A stretch of DNA of 64,000 nucleotides from the NCBI GenBank assembly GCA_964036045.1, contig OZ038378.1, forward strand, positions 170,624,001 to 170,688,000. The letters run 5' to 3'. The position numbers and the translations under genes are program-made. The stretch comes from Eutreptiella sp. 'Long Island Sound 2002'. Lineage: Eukaryota; Protista; Euglenida. Of the stretch, positions 49,727 through 62,521 are shown one piece after another. The notes under the pieces were generated by a model. The model saw nothing but the letters and a program-made list of their open reading frames with translations, was not told the origin of the DNA and made no database searches. Position 1 is the first letter of the stretch. The number at the start of each line of letters is the position of its first letter.

Positions 49727-51305
49727 TGGGTGGCGCTCGTCGTCGTCGGGGGTTCGAGCCCCGGTTCGTCCGTCCGTCCAAGGGCCCGTTGGCGAGGTCC
49801 CCGCCACCGCCCCCTTCAACATCCCCCTCCACCACCGGTACCGCTGATGGATGGGTGGCGTGTCTCGTCCTCGTAGTTTTTACTTTTGTTATTACCCAGT
49901 CCAGACCTCAGAGCATGCAGAAAAACAAGGCACCAAGCACAGCACACCTGCAGCAGTGCCCCCTGTCACCGGTACCGCTGGCCGACGGGAGTCGCATCTC
50001 CTCCTCGTATTCCCCTTGGGGGATTTGAACCGGCGTCTCGAGGGCAGCAGCCGGCCAAAGCCAGTATTATGAGCCGCTGGCCCCAGCAGGCCAATGTTTT
50101 CGTATGGTCATGAGTTCAGTAGAGGCAAGCAGGTCACATAGAACCAGGCGCCGCCTCACCCCCCTTTCACCCCCTCCCAGCACGTGAGCTCCAGCGGCAC
50201 CCGTGGGTTTCTCACCCGTGCGTCCGCCAACAGCACACCGGACTCGCCCAGTGGGGCCTCCGAGCAGGGAAGCACAGGAGCACGGACCAGGGATGCGGGA
50301 TGCGGTAGGAGCACAAGCCCCACTCCCTCTTGTTGCATGTTGCGTGTCATCTCAACCCAGTTCCAGAAGCCCGGCGACAGGGCAACAGAACAACAGCACT
50401 CATGGTTTGGTCGTATCATTGTTGAACCTCGCAGTTTGAGCATGATTTGAAAGAATTGGGCGTCACACACACACACACACACACACAGACACACACACAC
50501 ACGTGCTTGTGTTTTGTTCTTGCATGTGGTAGCACTGCCATGTACCCACTGCGAACGGAACTTTTGAATGAGCACGCTCACTTTGTTGATTTTTTGCCCG
50601 TTTTGCCCGTGGTGCCTTGTCTTTGTGCCCGTTTGCGGTGCTTACTTCACCTAAAATTCATAAAAATTCAAACGACGTGAATTGTAGCTTGAATTGGTCA
50701 TCATGTAGCTTAAATTCACAAAAAAAAACTTGAATTCGCGTTTGAATTCGCAACCTCGTGCGCAATCGTATTCGCATCTGTATCCGCATTCACATTCGCG
50801 CGCACTTGGCGCGAAGTTCGCGCAAAGTTCGCGTAAATTTGGCCCAAATTCGCATTCGCAAGGGTCGCAGCAGACACAAGCGAACGGCACAATACGAATA
50901 GGGCATTAAACGGCCACCATGGCCACCCAGTGTGTGGAAAAGGGGTGGTTTTTTCTCGCAGGGACCTGTATTTTAATTTTTTTAGAATTTTTGAAACCAT
51001 ATCCTCCGTTCCAACCCATTGAAAAGGGCCTTTTTTTTGGACAAAATAGTTGTTTTGGACACCCATATTCGCATTCTCATTCAAAAGTTCCCGAAACGGC
51101 CATTCGCAAAGGGTACACACTGCTCTCCCCTGAGTACCAAAGACATCACCAGAGGTGTTACTTCCCCCCCAAGGGCGCGCCCCTAGGGACACAAAACCCC
51201 GAGGCCCCCTGGCCTCCAATTCATTAGGTCCACAACGGCTCATTGACGTTTCACCCCCCGGCCCTCCGGCGGCCCCTAATGTAAGTCCCCCCCGGACGAC
51301 ACAAC

Positions 51306-54300
51306 ATGCCAGAGCCCATTTCCTTAGACGCTGCCTGGCTAGTGGCATTGAGTGACCTCATCAAAGACGAAGTGGCCGCGGCAGTGCGGTCACTAGCGCC
51401 CAAGGTGCGGGAACGAGCCCCACCATTCGAGATCTGCGTTAGGAGCTCCAGGAGGCCAGAACATCCCGTCGAGATGGGGACTCGCCGTCCAGGCCTACTC
51501 CCTCCTCTCCCTCACCCTACTCTCCATCTGGGGTGCAGAAAGCCTCCTATGCGGCCGCATTGAAGTCAAGCCCCAAACCAGGGAAAAGCCACGTGGCAGT
51601 GCAGAGTATCCCACCACTCCTCGTTGGACAGATAGTGCACGATGCACACGCGATTGCAGTTCAGGCTGTGGACAAGCACACACAAACAGGCTCGGTCTCT
51701 GCTCTTATTCTTTCCACGGCTGGCTCTAGAAGGGATGTGTCAATCTCTAGGATTCTTGGATCGCTTGGTCGCAGCCGCGACAACCTGCGGGTCACCTCGT
51801 GCCACACACGGATCGTCGTCCTGACTCAGCGCTTCTCTGGGATGACTCAGGAGGTTGGTACCACTGTCAGCCCTTCAGGCCACATGCTTCTCGTGTAATG
51901 GGCACGCAGCCCCGGAGGGGGACGACGGGAAGGACCAGGAGCCGGAGCTGCTTCCGCACGACAAGGGGGCTGTGCGAGTCGTCTGCACGCTGGACCTAAC
52001 GGTACTCCGCGATGGCGGAAAGACCGCCAACAGAACGAAGTCGGTCATGTGGGCCAAGTCCACATGCTGGGATGTTACGTGCCCACCGCTGGAACCCAAA
52101 CTCCCCCCCCCCCCCCCATGGTGGTCGGGAAACGTGGGAGCAAGTTAGAGGTCACGATGGCCCTCCCCTACCCCTTCGTGCAACAGGTCCTGAAGCAGAG
52201 CGGGTACAAGGGGGAGTGTGGAATACAAGCTCTTTCTGAGCAGGGATCTCGATCTTGCAGAGCAAAAAGTGCATATGTGTTGGCTTAAGCTCCCGGAGGG
52301 CACCACGCGACCCTTCCCCTAGCAGCACCACAGGCTGAAAGATAGTCCATGGTTCGCCGGCATTCTTACCGGCGACAAGGAGAACCGCATCGGGGTCCGC
52401 GTGTGGGGTGGCCCCGTGCTACCGGAAGTCAGGCAGGAAATTGCACAATGTCCGGGTTTTTCTGCCCCCTCCAACCCCCCCAGGTGACCACTGCGCGCGT
52501 GTATGGGTACGGCCTGACCTTCGGCCTTGCCTTAGGGGACCAATAAGTGGCCCAACGAGAAGCCATCAAAGGTGATGAGCACCCGCCACCCTCAGAGGTC
52601 AGGGATGGTTTGTCCAGTCTACGATGTGGAGCTAACAGGAGTGCCAGCCGGCAGGGAGGGGTCCAAAGTGCCTGCCGCCGACACACGGCTTCGCGAGCGG
52701 TCATGGCAAAGGGTCGTCAGGGCGACGGTCAGGCAACAGTACCGAACAGTGGGGCGCAACGCCGTCCTGCCCGCGGTGACAGGGTGTCCCAAGCCAGAGG
52801 ACACCATGGCAGTGGATGTGGAGGCTGGCGACAGTGCCGACCCGGACGTACTGTAAACAGTGCACGGGCCCGCCTCCGCCTGCTGAGATGTGGGGACATT
52901 TGCCCCCCCCTCCCCCCCCCCCCCCAGGGGTGACCTTCGTAAATGCTAATGTCACTTCGCTGCGCGCACACTATGAGACATTGTTCGATTTTTCATCTGA
53001 TTTGTGGGCCTGCAAGAAACCCGCCTGACACAGGCGGGACAGCGGTGCATGCAACAGTTAGCCAAGCAGTCTAGCTGGGACTGTTTTTGGGGCTTCCCCC
53101 TCTCCTCCCCCACAAGAGGGATATGGGGAGCGCCACAGGGAGGGGTGGGACTCCTTTGCAGGAGGGGCTAGATTTGCAGCAAGGTAGATGCATCAGATGA
53201 TCCACTGCAACAGAAACTCTGGCACTCGGGCAAATGGCTCCATGTCATCGCCTGCTTAGGGGAGGGAAGAGAACATATTCCTATACAGGTGGTTTAGGGC
53301 ATCGCCGGAAACCAAGCTCTGAACCGTGAGTTGTGGGAGGCAGTCGTCTGCTACTCTTCGGGTCTGGGGAATGCAGGCCTCATTGTCCTGACTGACGCCA
53401 ACTTCAGTTTTGACAACTTCAATTCCATCCCCCGCCCCCCTGGTCGCGCTCGCGGACGGGTGGCTGATCGATATTGATCTGGCGCATGCACAACTGCACG
53501 ACACCCCCCTTGTCAGCGCATACACACGGGCGGGGCAGCACCACAACACGCATTGACGCCATGCTGGTGGATCTAGCACACACTGGTTCAGTCACGGCAG
53601 TGGAAGTGGTCCCGGAACACGGATTACCCAGTCACAATGCAGTTAGATACACACTCAACATAAATGTACCCGTGCATTGAGTGATGAAACTCCGCAAACC
53701 TCCCCCCTTCAGCCTACCGCCAAGGGACGACACAGGCCTAGAGGAAATCTGCACGGAACTTCTGCGCCCGCACATACCCCAATGGGACTCCTTGCTTGAT
53801 ACGGGGGGCCCAGTGGACAAGCTATGGGAATGTTGGACATGGCTCGCTAAGGAAACAAGCCTGGCCCTGAGCTATGACGGTCTCACCACGCACACAGCCA
53901 AACCCATCCCCTATGCCCCCTACGCCGTAGAGCGAGGACATGGCACCGATGACATGCTTATGGAAGCCACGCCGTGCCCCACAAAAACCACAAAATCAGG
54001 GGCACTACGCACCAAATTGCTGTCCAAAATCCACAGCGCACTGGGATCACCACGTCCAGTGATCCGCTGGGCGCGCAACCAACTTGGCACAGTTCAAGAC
54101 CGCCCGCAGACAGAAGGCACTACACAGCCCCACATTGCTGGGGCCCATGCCACAGCATGTTAGGTGCGACTGGGACGCGGCATGCCACCGCATGCGCAAG
54201 ATAGGGCGATTGGTCCGCAGTGACCTGTCTCTCCAGGAACTTCAGCACCTGGCCCCCGATCCACACCTACCAGTGCCGCGCGGACCCCCCCCCCCCCCTG

Positions 54301-57300
54301 AAAGACATCATGACCCTGCATGACTCACTGCAGTCTATGGGCAGAAAGCACGCGCGACCACTCGAATTAGAGCGCCTGCAACAGTGGCGCCGGTCCATGG
54401 GACAAGAGTGATTAGACTGGCCCAAGGATTTATATAAATGGATCAAGAATGACTACCAAGCACCCTTGGTCATGTTAAAGGACCCTGAGACAAGGGGGCC
54501 CACGGCCAATGTGGACTGCATGGATGAAATCTTGCATGAGTCCTGGGACAAGGTCATGCGCAAGTATGCAGACTCCCCCGAGCCAGGCCCGGATGTTTGT
54601 GTGCATAAGTATTGGAATTTCATTGAAAGCAATACAGACATGAACGTCACCCCCCTCACGGGCGCAAGACCGCGCAAGCGTTTTCGAAAAATGGGGGTAC
54701 ACACAGCCACAGGTCTGGACGGCTGGTGTGTGGTGGACCTGCTATGCCTGCCCAACGCACTGTTTGACATGCTGGCTCAATTACTGACGCACATTGAGTC
54801 CACAGGGCTGTGGCCCCACATGCTTGCCCGCGGCTTCGTTTCTTTAATTCCAAAAGGGGAGGGCATGCTCCCTATGCAACAACGCCCACTCTAGATGCTT
54901 TCACAACTATACAGACTGTGGGCCGGCGTCAGGCTGGAGGAATGCATGATTTGGCAAGAAAAATGGGTATGCCCCCACGCCTATGGGTTTCGGAAAAAGA
55001 GAGGGGCTACCGATGCAGCGGCCCTTATCGCCCTTCTCATCGAGCTCCACACCGTCATGCGTGCCGCGCTCAAGGTTTTTGGGTTGGATTACGTTAAGGG
55101 TTTCGACGCAATACCCAACAAGTAGTGCTCCGCGTCGCCCTCGAGCAGGGCATGCACCCAGGCACACTCAGAGTGTTGTCCGGAATGTACACACAACTGA
55201 CCCACTGCTTTAAAATAATGGGATGTCTCTGCTCCTTTTTCGCCGCAACAAATGGCATCTTGCAAGGGTGTCCGCTGAGTGTCATCTTCATTAATCTCAT
55301 GACAAGTATCTGGAAGAAAATCCTAGATGCACAGTCACAAGCCATACACACATCCTCCACACGGCTACCGCCGGGGGGGAAACCTGGGGAAGCGTTAGAC
55401 TTCATTCTAACAGCGCTCGGCTATGCCGATGACACATACGGCGTGGCCGTAGGACAACACACAGTCGAGCCCCTGTCGGAGTGCACACATGAATGGCTTG
55501 AGGCAACAGGGCAAGATGTCAACCCAAAGAAATCAATCAATTTTATCATCCCCGACAGTGATCAGGAAATCTAGATGCGTGGCGTATCTTTTCCCGAAGA
55601 AACCGAGTTTTGCTCATTAGGGGCAGGCGTGCGCACCACAGACAGCGTAGCCTCGGGCCCACTCATCCTAAAATGTATAGGCAAAACATCCGCTCTGCTG
55701 GACCGGATACACGGCGTGCAAGGAGACTTTGACGACAAGTGTAAGGTGGTTGCCACCATGGTCAATGCCACAGGCCTCCATGCGTCTGAAATTGTGGCCA
55801 TCAGCCAAAAAGACATCAGGCCTTTCGAAATATGGACCCTAAAAGCCATCTGGGGAGCCTCCAGACCAAGCAGAGCGAAGGAAACAATTTTTTGCCTCAT
55901 GTGCCAGGGACACAGAATTGCCCCTCCCTGCTGGTTCCTTACGGCTGCGCCGTCTCGCTGGCAAGGCTTTGCAAACCACGCGGCCCGGCCATGATCACGG
56001 CACATGCCGTGTGAGAAAAGAGCCCCCTCACACGCAAGTCGGGACCATTTGGTCGGGCGTTGAAAGCCCTGCTTGACTGGGGATTCCGACCGCTCTCGGG
56101 TTGGTGGGAATGGCAAGTGCTGGGCACTACAGGTGCCCTCCAACTGAGAGGTGCTTTTAAGCCGGTCAAGCACAACATCAGAGAACAGTTGCGGTCGCAG
56201 CAGATCACACAGCTCATAGCCAGGCGACCACGTTAGTTTGCAGGCATGCACTATCACACAAACCGGAGGCTGGTCTGTGCCAGCATCGCCTCTTTCCAGT
56301 CTGAATAGGAACGCTCGCTACTGCGCACACTACCGGCATGGGTCTGTGGACAGCGGTCAGGGGCATGATCACCTCCCAGTGCTGCCCATATTGCCAACAG
56401 GTAGATGAAGCCGAACAGCACATTCTCTGGGAATGCACAGAATGGGCGGCAGCCAGGGACCTACACATCGCCAACGTCCGCGCCTTGGCAGCGAAAGTCC
56501 CAGATCTACCACCGTTTGACACATGGCCCCCGTGCCTGAAAATCAGCGGTCTCCTACCTGAAATGAACAGGCAGGTGCAACAGCATGACCTTCCTTTCAG
56601 GCCCTCCATGCCATGTTTGTAGCCATACTTGCGGCACGCAAGCTGCGGGACCAACAGGCACCCAAACTCTTCCCCACAGTGCTCCCGCAGGTGCGCAGCG
56701 CATATCCCTACCATCAGCTGGTGGCCCCCATGCCCCCCCCCCCCCCCGCGCGCCTGGTATGCCCACACAACCCCACCGCACGCACTTGGCCATGGGAAAA
56801 GCCCGTTTTGGCAGACCTACTGGCTTGGCTGCGAGCGCTGCAATGGACGGATGACACAAATACAGTGTCCTTCATCGAGCTAGCGCTCGATTTTGAAGAG
56901 TCCGCGGCACGCACCCTGCCGGCGGCACCCCAGGCTAAGTTTCAGGGACACACACTACCACTGCAAGAGAGGGCTAGGGTTTTGCGCCTGGCGCTATGCA
57001 CACTTCAGAGACTGGTCAAATCGGGCTCTCTCCAGCCAGCCAAAGTCATAACATGCGCCACGTCGTTAGTACCGCTGGGCGGGCCGCCTGTGGCGGGCCT
57101 CAATCGCCGTCCATACTTTGCATGCTGTGACGCTATGCACAAGCACATCCAACTCTTGGCTTCCTACTGCGAGTGCACATGGACGCTGCGCACGCACATG
57201 CGCTCTAATGCACACAGACCGTACGAGTATCGTCGCAAAAAAACGGAGCAAGAAGTCGAGGAGGCGCGCCTGCAGCGTGCACTAACGGGCAGCTTGAACA

Positions 57301-58182
57301 CTGGGCTTATGCCCTCATCTTCCCTCTGCGCCAAGGGGGGGGCGGGCGCGACACATTTTGCGGGGGATTTTTACCCGGTTATGGGGGGAGGCAAAGCCAC
57401 CCAAGCCCCGTACACAGTCACGCGCAGGCGAGCACCGCAACCGACGGCCCCGGCAACGTGTATCGCGGTCCCCTCTCCCATGGTGTCAGCGTATGCATGC
57501 CCCGCCCACAGACTACCGGCATGCGTAACATGTAAACGGCTCCGCCTGTCGGCGGCTGCGTGCTGCGCCAAAGGCCACCACGCTCCAGGGTATGTAGACT
57601 GCAGACCAGTATCCAAGGTTTGCTAGACGCACGGGCTGCCGCTGTGCCCGCACTGCACCCTTATGTAGCGGGGGGTACGGCACTGCCGCCAATGAGGACA
57701 TCACAAGGTTAAAACCCCGCACAAAGGTCAAGGCAAAAGGACAGCGCCAGCCCCGGCAGGCTCCAACAAACGACCCCGGCTGTAGTCCGCAGTCCCAGCA
57801 CATTCGCGAATGCATCCACGCCCACCACACTTACCACCCACACCGTCAACCCCCAAGCGACGGAGACCCAAATTCCCGATCCCCCCCTCCCCTCCAGCCC
57901 CGCGGCCGCGGGGGATGCAGGTGGATGATGACGACACGGCAGTGGTGAGGACCCTGTTTTTCGCGGGCCACGGGCGCGCGTCATCGGAAGTTACTTGAGC
58001 CCGCTACACCACAGAGGTTCTGACTCCATGGAAAGATGCAAACGCGAGTATATGCACAGCCCCGCCCAGGTGCCGGGCTAAATATACCGGTTGCACTACC
58101 GCCACATATGAGTCTCCCTCATTAATAGTACTTGCAAGAGCGGCCAGGACATTAAAAGCCTTCAACCCTCGTTAATAGTACA
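51306..58182 (+). mobile_element. Near full-length degraded non-LTR retrotransposon (family A): ORF1 plus APE-RT-zinc finger ORF2
   Basis: ORF1-like region 51306-~52290 (KASYAAALKS). APE-like NANVTSL, TDANF, RIDAML and LPSHNAV. RT motifs ATGLDGW, LIPKG, YGFRKKRG, LDYVKGFD, LQGCPLS and YADD (55422-55433). CCHC-like CPYCQQVDEAEQHILWEC. Many stops and frameshifts. Confidence 0.92.
52930..57998 (+). pseudogene. LINE ORF2 (APE endonuclease, reverse transcriptase, zinc finger, Cys/His C-terminal domain), disrupted
   Basis: Collinear motifs across ORFs 53256-57998; in-frame TAG at 54892-54894 and a frameshift near 55123. Confidence 0.9.
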
Positions 58183-59590
58183 GGGTGGGATAGGGCAGGC
58201 CACAAGCAGGCTCTAACCGGCTAACCCCTAACCCTCCCGTCGCAAGAGCGGCTAGGACATTAAAAGCCTTCAACCCTCGTTAATAGTACACCCAGGGTGC
58301 TGGGGGGGGGGGGGTCAACGGTGTCTGCCGGTTCAGGGGGAGGGGTTGCAGCAGCAACTAGGCACTATGCCCTTCGGAGGGCCGGAGCGCGCACCGGCTC
58401 CCTCGTCCGGGGGAGGGTGTGGGGGTACGGCAGAGCCGGGAGTAGCAGTGCTGCCGCGCGGGGGCACGCAGGAGCCGCAGCGCGGCCACAGGAGGGCCTC
58501 AGAGGAGGGCACATAACCCGAGACGGATGTCCTTCCGCCGCGCCGCGACACACCGGCGGGCCAGGGGAGGGATAGGGCATGCCACAAGCAGGCTCTAACC
58601 CGCTAACCCCTAACCCTCCCGTCGCAAGAGCGGCCAGGACATTAAAAGGCTTCAACCCTCGTTAATAGTACACCCCTAACCCTCCCGTCGCAAGAGCGGC
58701 CAGGACATTAAAAGCCTTCAAAACCCTCGTTAATAGTACACTCCCGTCGCAAGAGCGGCCAGGACATTAAAAGCCTTCAACCCTCGTTAATAGTACAGAG
58801 CGGCCAGGACATAAATAGCCATCAACCCTCGTTAATAGTACACCCCTAACCCTCCCGTCGCAAGAACGGCAAGGACATCAAAAGCCTTCAAAACCGTCGT
58901 TAATAGTACACTCCCGTCGCAAGAGCGGCTAGGACATTAAAAGCCATCAACCCTCGTTAATAGTACATAACCCTCCCGTCGCAAGAGCGGCTAGGACATT
59001 AAAAGCCATCAACCCTCGTTAATAGTACAGGGAGAGTCCCTGCCCCCCTCCCCCCCAACAGAAGAGGGCGCAGCGGGCGGGGGGAAAAAGGGTGGGGCAG
59101 CCGCGGCGCCCCATGCAGACCCTGTGCGATGAGCACAGGGCCCTGGCATGCAAGTCATGCAGGGGGCACGGGGGGGGTGCGGCATTGCTGCAGCCGCCAT
59201 CACGAGGGGCAGCCCAGGGTGTTGGGGGGAGGACAACGGTGCCTGCCGGTGCAGAGGGGGGGGCTACAGCAACAAGCGGGCGTGTTGCCCTCCGGAGGGC
59301 CGGCGCTCGTGCCAGGTCCCGTGACCGGGGGGGAGGGGGGAGCCGCAGCAGGGCAGGGGACGGCGGTGTCGCCCCGAGGCGGCACACAGGGCCCGGATCA
59401 GGGCCACGGGAGGGCCTCCGAGGAGGGCACATAGCCACAGGACGGCGTCCTTCCGCCGCGCCGCGACAATCCGGGGGGCTGGGGGTGGGATAGGGCAGGC
59501 TTCAGGCAGGCTCTAACCCGCTAACCCCTAACCCTCCCGTCGCAAGAGCAGCTAGGACATTAAAAGCCATCAACCCTCGTTAATAGTACA
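58132..59590 (+). repeat. Head-to-tail array of ten variably 5'-truncated units sharing the 3' end ..CGTTAATAGTACA
   Basis: Unit ends at 58182, 58290, 58672, 58740, 58797, 58842, 58910, 58967, 59029 and 59590. The longest unit encodes the LINE Cys/His domain (LCDEHRALACKSC..VRHCCSRHH). Confidence 0.92.
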
Positions 59591-61300
59591 GGGTGTGGCG
59601 CGTGCTGGGGCAGCGCGAACAGCTACACCTGGTCCTGGGGGATTGGGGCGATGTTTGCCACCGGGTGCGGCAGTCGCAGAGATACACCGCACTGGCGGCA
59701 CTGGAGCGGCGCCGACCGGCCACCTTTGGGGGGCTAGGGGCGGAGGTGTGCAGGCCCGCCTGGCCCAGGGCATGACAGTCGCCAGATCGGAGACGGAGCG
59801 CTCGCTACTGCGGGCACTGCAAGCCGGGGCGACGTGGACCGGAGCGCGGGTCAGCAAGCATCGAATTTCGGATTTGGCGGCCTGCCCCTACTGCGGGGGC
59901 CCCCCGGAGACGGAGGTCCATCTCCTATGGGACTACCCGCAGTGGCATACGCAGCGGGCCGCCTGGCTCCCGCTGGTGCAGGCCGAGGCGGCGCTTTTGC
60001 CGGCGCTGGTCCTCCCGTCGGCGTGGCCGGTATGCCTACAGGCGACGGGCCTGTTGCCGGCGGCGTTGGTGCGGCCGGAGGAGGCGGATCAGGCGGGGCG
60101 GCTCATGTACCGCCTCTATGGCATGTATCTGGCGGTGCTATCGGCGCGCATGGGAGCGGAAGTCGCGGCACGTCGAGACGCGGGCGCGGGCCCCTCGGTC
60201 TTTGCGATCGCGCGCAGACGCCCTCCCGATGCGCGCCGGGGCTACCCATGGGGGCAACTGGGCGCGGGCCCACACCCCCCGGCGCCACCAGCGGCGCCGC
60301 TGGCGTTGCGCGCCGGCCCACCGCCAGGGTGGCCGTGGGAGGCATCCTTTGCGATGGCGCTCCTGCAGTGGGCTAGACGACTGCGGTGCCTGCCGGGGCA
60401 GGGCCATGTGACGTACGTGGAGCTGGCCCTGGACTTCGAGGCCCACGCGGCACGGGCACTCCCGGCCCCCAGCGACCACCGGCTGCGGGGGGTCACCTTG
60501 CCTCTACGCACCATGGGCCAAGTGCTGAAAATGGCCCTGGATGCGTTGCAGCCGCATCTGCAGGCAGGGGACCTCCTGCAGGGCAAGGAGATGTGGATGG
60601 CGAAGTCTCTCCTGCCGCTGGGGGCTTCAGGTGTGTGGGGTGGTCGGCGCCCCTGCTGTTTGCCTGCCCCGCAGCCATGCTGTTTCAAATGAGGCAGCTG
60701 GAGGCGCATTGCCGCGAGCTATGGACGCGGCGCTTGGCGCGGCCGGGAAGGGGAAGGCAAGATATGTTCTTGCTGGATTACCTGCCGCCGGCGGGACCAG
60801 GGCGGCAGCCACTGCGGCCATTTCAGCGATTGCCGCGCCGGCTGGTGCAGCGCGACCGGCACGGGGCGGGCGACGGGAGCGCGGGGCGCGCGGCGGCGCC
60901 GCCGCAGGTGGCCCCGTGCGCGAGGCACCGGGCCCCGCCTTGTGCTGCCTGCGCGCAGCGCGGAGCGGAGCACTGCTGCCGGCGGGTGCACGAAGGGCAC
61001 CGCATGGATGCGGCGCAAGCGCGCGTGGCGGCCCGAGCGTTGCGGGCGTTGGTGCAGCCCGCACCGCCCGCCGGGGCCGGGCCGGCGGTGGCTTCACAGC
61101 CCGTGCGTGATCCGCCGCGCGGCCGCAAGCGCTCCCGCTCGCGGTCCTCATCACCGGAGCTAGCGACGCGGCGAGCGCACCCGGCGTTGCGCGAGTGCGC
61201 GCGCCACCCGGGGGAACCTTCCGACCCCCCCCCTCGCGTCTCGATGGGGGGGGCACACAGCCTGAGCGGCTCGGGTATGTTGGATGCGCGGGGGGAGCTC
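59591..61300 (+). mobile_element. 5'-truncated GC-rich LINE (family B), ORF2 C-terminal part
   Basis: ERSLLRALQAG, CPYCGGPPETEVHLLW, WPWE and VTYVELALDFEAHAARALP are homologous to family A 56300-57100. The 3' boundary is unclear. Confidence 0.85.
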
Positions 61301-62521
61301 CGGCGGCCCTTGCCGCTCCCCCCCCCCCCCCCCCCTCACTCCCCCCGGGGAGAGCGCCAGGGCAGGGGGGGGCAGCAGGGGGGCGGCCGCAGGTGCCACA
61401 GGCGCCGGCAGGTAGCCCGGGCGGCCGCAATATGGGGGGAGGGGGCGCCCTGTCCCCCTCCCCCCCCTCTACCTCAAGGGAGCGGTCACTCGGGTGGTGT
61501 GCCCTCCGGGCCCCCCCGTTTACGTGGACAGTTGCACCGCCGCCCGGGCCTCAGGTCCGGGAGACCCCAGGGCAGGGAAGCGCTCAGCGAGCCCTGGGGC
61601 CCCTCCAACCGCCCGCCCCGTCGCCGTGGGAGGCAGGTCCAGCCTAGAGCAGCACCACCCGTGCCAGCGCAATCAAGGAGTGCGGACCGCCCCCAGTCGT
61701 GTGAGGAGCTTGGCCACCCCTTGCCGTTGGCAGTAGTGGGCGACCAGCGGCATGTCTGTAGACTTGGAGGTGGCGTCTCCTGACCGGCAACTCCCTCGGT
61801 GGGCTCAGCGTCAGACTCCCCTAGCCTCCCCGCCGGGGCCTGAAGCACCAGGCGACACACTACCCCACGCGCGCGTACAGCCCCCCACGCACGCCACCAC
61901 ACACCCAGCGACCAGGGCACGCTGGTATCGTGCCCGGGTTGGTCTCCGACGACACGCGGGACACACCCCGCACTAGCGGATCCCAGCACGGTATCCCGTG
62001 CGTCAATAGACCAGACCATCCTCCTCTTGGCGCCGCACACCACCTGATCACCATGGAGCAGGGTCACTAGAACGTGCGGCCGCCAAGCACCAGCCCCTCA
62101 GCGACAAGGAAGGCTGCGGACGACGGTCGCATCGCCGCAGCGCACACCTCGGGCATCGATACCTGCGACATTCCATATGCCTCCTCCCCCCTGCCCTGCG
62201 CCTGCCCCTGCCCTAGCGCCTGCCCCTACTCCCTGGCCCCTGTGCCCCTCGGCCCTTACTTCAGCCTGTGACCTCGCCCCAGCCAGGCCCCTATGGCCGA
62301 CTGCCCGCCCACGATCGCCCATAGTTCACCACGTGACAGCTAGCGAGTGCCCGGTGTTGCCCATAAGGCCCGAACAAACGACCTGCCTGCCCCCGTCGCG
62401 CACATTGCCCGCTTGCCTGGTACCTGGTGCCCAGGCCCTGTGGAGCCCTGCTGCCCGCGCCATGTGCTCCGCCCCCTGCCACTTCCCCCCTACTCGCGCC
62501 TCTCTCAGGACCTGATCCACC

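Noticed and set aside
58132-59590. CRISPR array
   Set aside because: Eukaryotic context, no unique spacers and no cas genes; the units are nested truncations of one sequence.
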